Virus record (IMG/VR): IMGVR_UViG_3300031525_000009
Location: 533-64,532 of that record
Origin: a virus
Lineage: Duplodnaviria; Caudoviricetes
DNA length: 64,000 nucleotides
Direction: 5' to 3' (one strand)
Of the stretch, positions 58,740 to 64,000 are shown in pieces. Numbering within the stretch: the stretch's first letter is position 1; each line of letters opens with the position of its first letter. A program made the translations under genes and the position numbers. The notes below the pieces were generated by a model that saw only the letters and a program-made list of their open reading frames with translations, was not told the DNA's origin and ran no database searches.

Positions 58740-59143
58740 ACAACCCCCGTCAAGAGTAGTTTTGCTAATGTTGCGTAACGCCCTGCAAGCTCAGGGTTCT
58801 GGACATGGCACTGCGCCGCAGCCGCCGTCCAATCTTGCGCCTCAAGCGCATCGATCATCGAATGAAACCCGAGGAGACCGCCCAGCCCCGAATTGACCGA
58901 GATGTCCAAGCACACCCCCTGACGCACCTCATTGAGCTGCGCGTACCAAGGCAGCTTGCTCAGCTCTTCATGCCGCTCTTGCATTTGTTCGCGCAGGAGT
59001 GCCCCAGCCGCGCGCTTGCTGATTCCCGCCTCGATGTTGAAACCGAACCCAATCGTTTCGATCCCGCGACTATCGGTGTACTTGAGCGCACGAAACCCTT
59101 CTTCCTGACACACGCGGGGGAAAGCTTGATCGACTGCACTCAT
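58736..59143 (-). CDS. Endolysin (GH24/T4-type lysozyme)
   Basis: '[21 protein letters not shown]' E-x8-D-x5-T triad; 'LNEVRQGV'. Confidence 0.85.
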   Translation of the reverse strand: MSAVDQAFPRVCQEEGFRALKYTDSRGIETIGFGFNIEAGISKRAAGALLREQMQERHEELSKLPWYAQLNEVRQGVCLDISVNSGLGGLLGFHSMIDALEAQDWTAAAAQCHVQNPELAGRYATLAKLLLTGVV

Positions 59144-60155
59144 CTAGGGTTATCCCGTTGATCCAAACGACCCTTAGCCTCAGACGACTCCGCGGTCAAC
59201 TTCAGCAATCTGTCCATTTTGCCATTAGTGGACAGATGTAGCTCATCTAACTTGACGTCTTGTTTAGACAAATGGGCTCCAATAGCTTCTCGACTCGCCC
59301 TAGCGTTCAGCGCGTCTGCGCGAGCCCTAGTAAGCGTTACCCACGTGGTGCCAAGCTGTGAAATAATCACAGAGGCACCCGTGAGCACGGCTGTCCATTC
59401 AGCCGGAGTCATACGTTACTTGAGGGTCTCAGCCGCCCAGAGGAACACGTCGTTCGCAGTCTGGATCTCCTGCTTGGTCCACGAGTTCGAATCCTTCTTC
59501 AAAATCGGGTCCAGTGCCTTGAGCTGTACCGGCGACAGCTTGGTATGCACCAAAGGGCTCACCAGAGTCTGCTTGAGTACCTCAGCCGTGTTTGCCGCAT
59601 TGATGATGATGATCCCGCCACCACTTCCGCCTGACATATTGATATCTCCTTTAGATAACCTAACCGCAATAGCCTCCTCCGGAGGCTTCAACCCTGCATG
59701 GATGAACTTTGCATCCAGCTCCAACAAATAGTACTCCAGCATGCGCGTTTCGCGCTCTGCCCAGTACGCCAGCATTCCTGCAACCCCCGCCGCTACTATA
59801 GCGATTGATGCGAGGGTCTTTTCCGAAAAAATAACCGTCTGCCTATTGGCTTGAATGTGTGTTTGTCCCGGCGCCTCTTGCTCCAGCTTCACGACTCGAA
59901 CCGCCAGTTCTGCCGCTTTTTGCGGGGCAGCTCAAGCTTGCGCATGACATCGTCCAGCTCGTAGTCGTGAACTCTCAAGTCTTCCCCGTGCACCGCCAGC
60001 AGCCCGTGGGCTTTCTCTATTTGAGTACGCGCATCCTCCATGTGAAACTCTAGCTTCACCAGCCCGATCTTCATCCCCATATACGCGCCTAGCAGCCCCC
60101 CGGAGAGCCCAACAACCAGACTGATAAGAGAGATGACCCACTGGTACGTCCCCAT
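59140..60155 (-). other. Three lysis-region membrane genes (59140-59412, 59416-59892, 59889-60155)
   Basis: Each has one N-proximal hydrophobic segment. Confidence 0.55.
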
Positions 60156-60161
60156 GCTTTG

Positions 60162-62198
60162 CTACTTAGGTAACCGCCGCTTTAACTCGTCAATCTCTTT
60201 CTGTTGCTCCTGGATTGCTTTGACTAATACCGCGGTGAGTTGCATGTAACGTACCCCGCGCGGGGACCCGTTATCGTCTACCGCGATCAGTCTAGCATCC
60301 ACTTTCTGCACTTCCTCAGCGATTAGACCAACTTGAGGACCCAAGTGCTGCGGGTTGAATTCGGGCTTCAAATTGTAAGAAACCGGCCGTAACGACATGA
60401 CCGTGGGCAATCCACTTATAAGAGGCTTGATGTGCTGCTTTATGCGGCGCGTAGAAGCCAGACAAGCTACCGTGGTATCCACAGTTAGGTTGCCACCGGC
60501 AGTCCAGCACACCGTGCCTGTAGTCGCAGCGCTTGAGCTTGCGAGGGACGGCAGCGATACCGCACCTGCGCTAGTAATGGAGAGTCGCGAGGCGCCTCCT
60601 GTCGAGTCAAAAATATCCAACGTGCCAGTAGCCAACCCGCCGTCGCGTATTTGGTAAGCTCGCGCGCCGGCATTCCCATCTGTGAGCTGTATTCTTGCCG
60701 CGTCGGATGAAGCCCCAGTGACCCCGAGGTTAAGACTGCCTGAGACACTATTAATTTGAAGAGCAGTAACCGCGGCGGTGGGAGTATCAATCGTTGCGCC
60801 GCCAGTAGGCCCGATGCGTACCCGCTCCACCCCGTTCGTACCGATAGAAATAGCGGCGCTAAAATTTGTCCCGAGAATACCCGCAGGAGCCACGCCCCCC
60901 GTAAAGGTAGTCACCCCCACGTTGGTGTTGTCGAATCCGATGAGTAAGTCATTACCCGAAGTGACGCCCTCGAACTTCAATTGTGTCTTAGCCGACGTAC
61001 CCGTATTCGTATTCACGAGTCCGTTGAGAAAATTAGCGTTAGCCGTAGAGGTACCTAAAAATCCCCCGTTTAGGGCTACTGAGTTACTAAATACCCAGGT
61101 ACCCGTCATAGTTGGCGAAATACTCTGCGAGAGCGGCGGTGCGCTATCCGAGGTCATGAACGTGGTTGCAGTGCCGTTGACCGCGGTCAACCCGACAGTC
61201 GCCGTGGGGTTAGCGCTAGCCACCGTGTTACAGCCAAAGACATGCGAACTAGTAGAGTACGAAAGCCCTTGGTTCACCGCGCTGCAATTGTTGATATTGA
61301 CTGCTGCGGGGTCGGTAGTAGCTCCCCGCCCCTGCAGCACGGTATCCAGCGCCATCGCCGCGACATTACCGACGTTTGCCGCCGCTTCCCCGAGCAGCAC
61401 GGTATGCGCGGGTAGGGTAGCTAATCCCGTCCCCCCTTGGGCTACTGGAAGCTGGCTGGTGCTGAGAACTCCACCATTCGTAGTAGCCCCTAGGTTGATC
61501 GGGGGGACATCCGTCAGCGCCAAAAGACTCCAAGCCGGAGCTGCCGAAACACTTCCGTTCCCCGTTTGTGTCAAAAAGTTCTTTGTCGCGGTTGTATTGC
61601 CCGACAGTGCAGTCATGGTATTAGCTGCGCTGGCGTACCAGATGTCTCCTAAAGTATCGAGATTCGGCAACGTAACAACCGACCACCCCGGCGCAGTAGC
61701 CACCCCCTTTGAACGTAGGTAACTACCCGTCGCAACATCGGACAGTTGGGTCAGTGATGTGGAAGACGCTGCGGTCAGCAAATCACCAATTGTATAGCTG
61801 GCTAACCCGGTACCCCCGTTCGGGGCAGTCAGCGGGGTCCCCAAGATCACTGAGGCAAATGTTACATTCGAGGCGGTTCCAATCGCCTGCGGAGTCGAAA
61901 GCGTCAAGCCCCCCAGTGCACCCCCATCTGTCAGGATGATTTCGTTAGCCGTACCGACCAGCGTACGCGAATTAGGAATCAGCGCGTTAGGCGCTTCCAA
62001 CAAATAAGCCGCACTGAGTGGCGCAGAAGTCGCGAAAATATTAGTGATCGCGGTTTGCTTGGTCGCGCCCGCCTGCGTCATCGGCACAATTTCCGCACCG
62101 CTCAGGGGCAGCGTCGCCGGAGGCAGCTTCGAGATCGGGAATTGCGCCAGGGCAGGCAGCACCCATAAAAGCCCGAGCAGAATAAGCAACTTTCTCAC
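60162..62198 (-). CDS. Tail fiber with C-terminal intramolecular chaperone (peptidase S74) domain
   Basis: 'GGTGL' repeats; 'STRRIKQHIKP..LRPVSY..GLIAEEV..VRYMQLTAVLVKAIQEQQKEI'. Confidence 0.85.
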   Translation of the reverse strand: MRKLLILLGLLWVLPALAQFPISKLPPATLPLSGAEIVPMTQAGATKQTAITNIFATSAPLSAAYLLEAPNALIPNSRTLVGTANEIILTDGGALGGLTLSTPQAIGTASNVTFASVILGTPLTAPNGGTGLASYTIGDLLTAASSTSLTQLSDVATGSYLRSKGVATAPGWSVVTLPNLDTLGDIWYASAANTMTALSGNTTATKNFLTQTGNGSVSAAPAWSLLALTDVPPINLGATTNGGVLSTSQLPVAQGGTGLATLPAHTVLLGEAAANVGNVAAMALDTVLQGRGATTDPAAVNINNCSAVNQGLSYSTSSHVFGCNTVASANPTATVGLTAVNGTATTFMTSDSAPPLSQSISPTMTGTWVFSNSVALNGGFLGTSTANANFLNGLVNTNTGTSAKTQLKFEGVTSGNDLLIGFDNTNVGVTTFTGGVAPAGILGTNFSAAISIGTNGVERVRIGPTGGATIDTPTAAVTALQINSVSGSLNLGVTGASSDAARIQLTDGNAGARAYQIRDGGLATGTLDIFDSTGGASRLSITSAGAVSLPSLASSSAATTGTVCWTAGGNLTVDTTVACLASTRRIKQHIKPLISGLPTVMSLRPVSYNLKPEFNPQHLGPQVGLIAEEVQKVDARLIAVDDNGSPRGVRYMQLTAVLVKAIQEQQKEIDELKRRLPK

Positions 62199-62590
62199 GG
62201 TAGATCCAGAGGGCCGGGGGCCACGTCAATATCAATGTATTGGCCGCTTTCGGTCAAAATGGGCTGGCCGCTTTCAGTCACCAATCGCCGCGCCAGGACA
62301 TCGAAGACGGGCAACGGCGAGTCATTAATGCCGGGCACCGAGCCGTACGGCGCCCCGTCATGGATCGAAACGTCTGGTCGCACGAACGGCAGATTGATAT
62401 CCTCCGTCTCACGTGCGGGCAAGCGCCACGGGTCCAACACGTCCAAATCGTCCTTGCACACCATGAGACCTGGAGAATTCGGATCAGAGGACAGCTCAGC
62501 CAACGGTAACTTCGCACTGCACCGACCGCAGAGCGCTACACCAAAGGTAGGCTCGCCAGTCGTATCCACAAAGTAAGCGGGAGATTTCAT
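62195..62590 (-). CDS. Zn-binding hypothetical virion-assembly protein
   Basis: 'ALCGRCS..DPNSPGLMVC..D..DPWRLPAR..RPD'. Confidence 0.6.
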   Translation of the reverse strand: MKSPAYFVDTTGEPTFGVALCGRCSAKLPLAELSSDPNSPGLMVCKDDLDVLDPWRLPARETEDINLPFVRPDVSIHDGAPYGSVPGINDSPLPVFDVLARRLVTESGQPILTESGQYIDIDVAPGPLDLP

Positions 62591-63672
62591 CGTGTGTATG
62601 CGCGTATCATGGGCCGCAACATGATGGGGGAAGAGTCTGTTTCCGAAGCCCAGCCCTCACTCCAACGGTCCTTGTCCTCCTGCAACAGCGTCGTCTTGTC
62701 CAGATCACTCATATCCTTTGCCACTTCAGGAATCATGAGCATCAGCTCCTTAGCCAAGCGTGTGAGCACTGCGAGAAACCAGCGCTGCGGCACCTCCACC
62801 GTCTGGGTAAGCGTACCGACGTCCTGCACATACCGCTGTGTATATAACACGATCTGCGAGTACGTGAACTGTGCCGCAGGCGCCGGCCAAAGTGTCAAAG
62901 TCGGCTGGGGCTGAGTCTTGTTGTACCAGAACTGCAGCGGGCGCCCCGTGAACCACTTGTTCGGCAGGTTCGCGTAGTTGTCGCGGTTGATCTTGGCAAT
63001 CGGGATTTCCTGCGGGGAAGACCCCGTGACAAACTCCGTCACGTTGAGCGTCGTACCCCCTGCCGCCAGTAAGCGTACGTACAACACGCCAGACTCCGGA
63101 ATCCCCTCCACATCAGTCCAGAACCACTGGCCCGCGACGACGGTAAGCGTCGTGTTGGAGTACACTGTCGTATAGTTGATGCCGTCGTTGGACGTCTGGA
63201 TAGCGACGTTCCACACCGCACTGGCATTGGGGAGGATCCCGAATACGACGGGCTGCCCGGCCGCGAGGTACTGCACCTGAAGAAACCCATTCGGTGCAGT
63301 CTGTACGCAGGCGGTCGCAAGGTTGTTATCGAAAGCATTCGCTGCGGCGCCGGTAGAAGAGCTATACGCCGCGGACGGCCCGAGCTGCAGTTGTGTAACA
63401 CTACGCAAGTTGGCATTGAGGATGTCAACCGTCCCCAAGGGGGCCAGGATGTCCTGCGTAGCATCATAGACGGGGAGGATGACCTTCGTAACGGCCCACA
63501 GCGCGACGCCTTTGGACGCCAGCGTCGAGAGCGCGAGGTACAGCAAGTCCTGCGCGATCGAGAGGTACTCGCCCGTGATCTTCTGCGGCGGGAGCTGGCA
63601 CCGACCGAAAGCCCTATCGATGAGCTTCCCGGTATTGAAGACAGTCGTGCTGACGGTGCCCGAGGTACTCAT
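62587..63672 (-). CDS. Head-tail connector/adaptor with inserted discoidin-like domain (putative)
   Basis: 'MSTSGT..LIDRAFGRC..GV.LW', 'INRDNY.NLPNK..GRP.QFW..LWP.P', 'VPQRW'. Confidence 0.7.
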   Translation of the reverse strand: MSTSGTVSTTVFNTGKLIDRAFGRCQLPPQKITGEYLSIAQDLLYLALSTLASKGVALWAVTKVILPVYDATQDILAPLGTVDILNANLRSVTQLQLGPSAAYSSSTGAAANAFDNNLATACVQTAPNGFLQVQYLAAGQPVVFGILPNASAVWNVAIQTSNDGINYTTVYSNTTLTVVAGQWFWTDVEGIPESGVLYVRLLAAGGTTLNVTEFVTGSSPQEIPIAKINRDNYANLPNKWFTGRPLQFWYNKTQPQPTLTLWPAPAAQFTYSQIVLYTQRYVQDVGTLTQTVEVPQRWFLAVLTRLAKELMLMIPEVAKDMSDLDKTTLLQEDKDRWSEGWASETDSSPIMLRPMIRAYTR

Positions 63673-63778
63673 GCGCGCTCCAGAAGTAGAGCGCGCCTAC
63701 TGCACGGATGCGCGGCACACTGCGCGGGAAACCCCGCGTGAGAGAGGAGCCTAGCCGCTTGGGCTAGGCGTTACAAGC

Positions 63779-63991
63779 TTAGCGAACCTTGCCGCCGCGA
63801 GCGGCAGTCATGGGCGAAGGTCCCGGCATGGGCATGGGATGACGCATAGGGAGCTGGGGGCGGATCGGAAGCCCCCGAGGACGCGCCTGCAACGGCGCCA
63901 TGCCCCCAGGACCGCCCAACGCCCCCTGGGCACCCATAGGGGGCTGCCCCCCCATGAAAGGCCGCTGGACAGCCCCTCCAGGCGCGTACAA
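63779..63991 (-). CDS. Pro/Gly/Met-rich low-complexity protein (start uncertain)
   Basis: YAPGGAV near the start and ARGGKVR* at the end; an in-frame TGA lies at 63998-64000. Confidence 0.5.
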   Translation of the reverse strand: MYAPGGAVQRPFMGGQPPMGAQGALGGPGGMAPLQARPRGLPIRPQLPMRHPMPMPGPSPMTAARGGKVR

Positions 63992-64000
63992 GGCCCCTCA

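Noticed and set aside
62150-62198. Signal-peptide-like N-terminus of the tail fiber as evidence of a secreted host protein
   Set aside because: The S74 chaperone domain and operon context support a fiber, and the start codon is uncertain
63998-64000. In-frame TGA upstream of the last ORF as evidence of stop-codon recoding
   Set aside because: Many genes end at TGA or TAG with tight coupling to the next start, and core genes are intact in the standard code

Overview
This window is almost the whole genome of a GC-rich (roughly 60% by eye) tailed phage, probably a podovirus. It appears circularly permuted, because both edges fall inside the minus-strand morphogenesis operon. No integrase, RNA polymerase, reverse transcriptase or CRISPR array was seen. 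Minus strand 1-27.1 kb, in transcription order: primase-helicase, probable origin, TerS, about 9 kb of accessory genes, TerL, portal, GroES, scaffold, major capsid, then putative virion proteins. Plus strand 28.1-45.2 kb: early genes behind repeated sigma70-like promoters (DUF932, LuxR-type HTH, CsrA, J-domain), then replication genes (UDG-PolA fusion, PD-(D/E)XK nuclease, AAA ATPase, SSB-like protein, SNF2 helicase, LexA-like DNA-binding domain, resolvase). Minus strand 45.3-64 kb: adaptors, tail fiber with chaperone domain, lysis genes, tail proteins and low-complexity internal/ejection proteins with a free-standing GIY-YIG endonuclease. CsrA and the LexA recognition helix suggest a proteobacterial host (inference). 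The most interesting signals are: (1) a short AxGGxV-type peptide motif repeated in at least 7 ORFs of unrelated low-complexity late proteins, possibly a virion-loading or cleavage tag; (2) a LamG plus nucleoside-hydrolase-fold fusion in the head operon; (3) three candidate nucleotide-signal sponge genes; (4) a tRNA-like element with permuted arm order; (5) stripped-down host-regulator mimics, with CsrA-type CACGGA sites at phage RBSs; (6) a 36-aa mini-gene copying the N-terminus of the next gene. All family calls come from motif recognition by eye; no database search was run.
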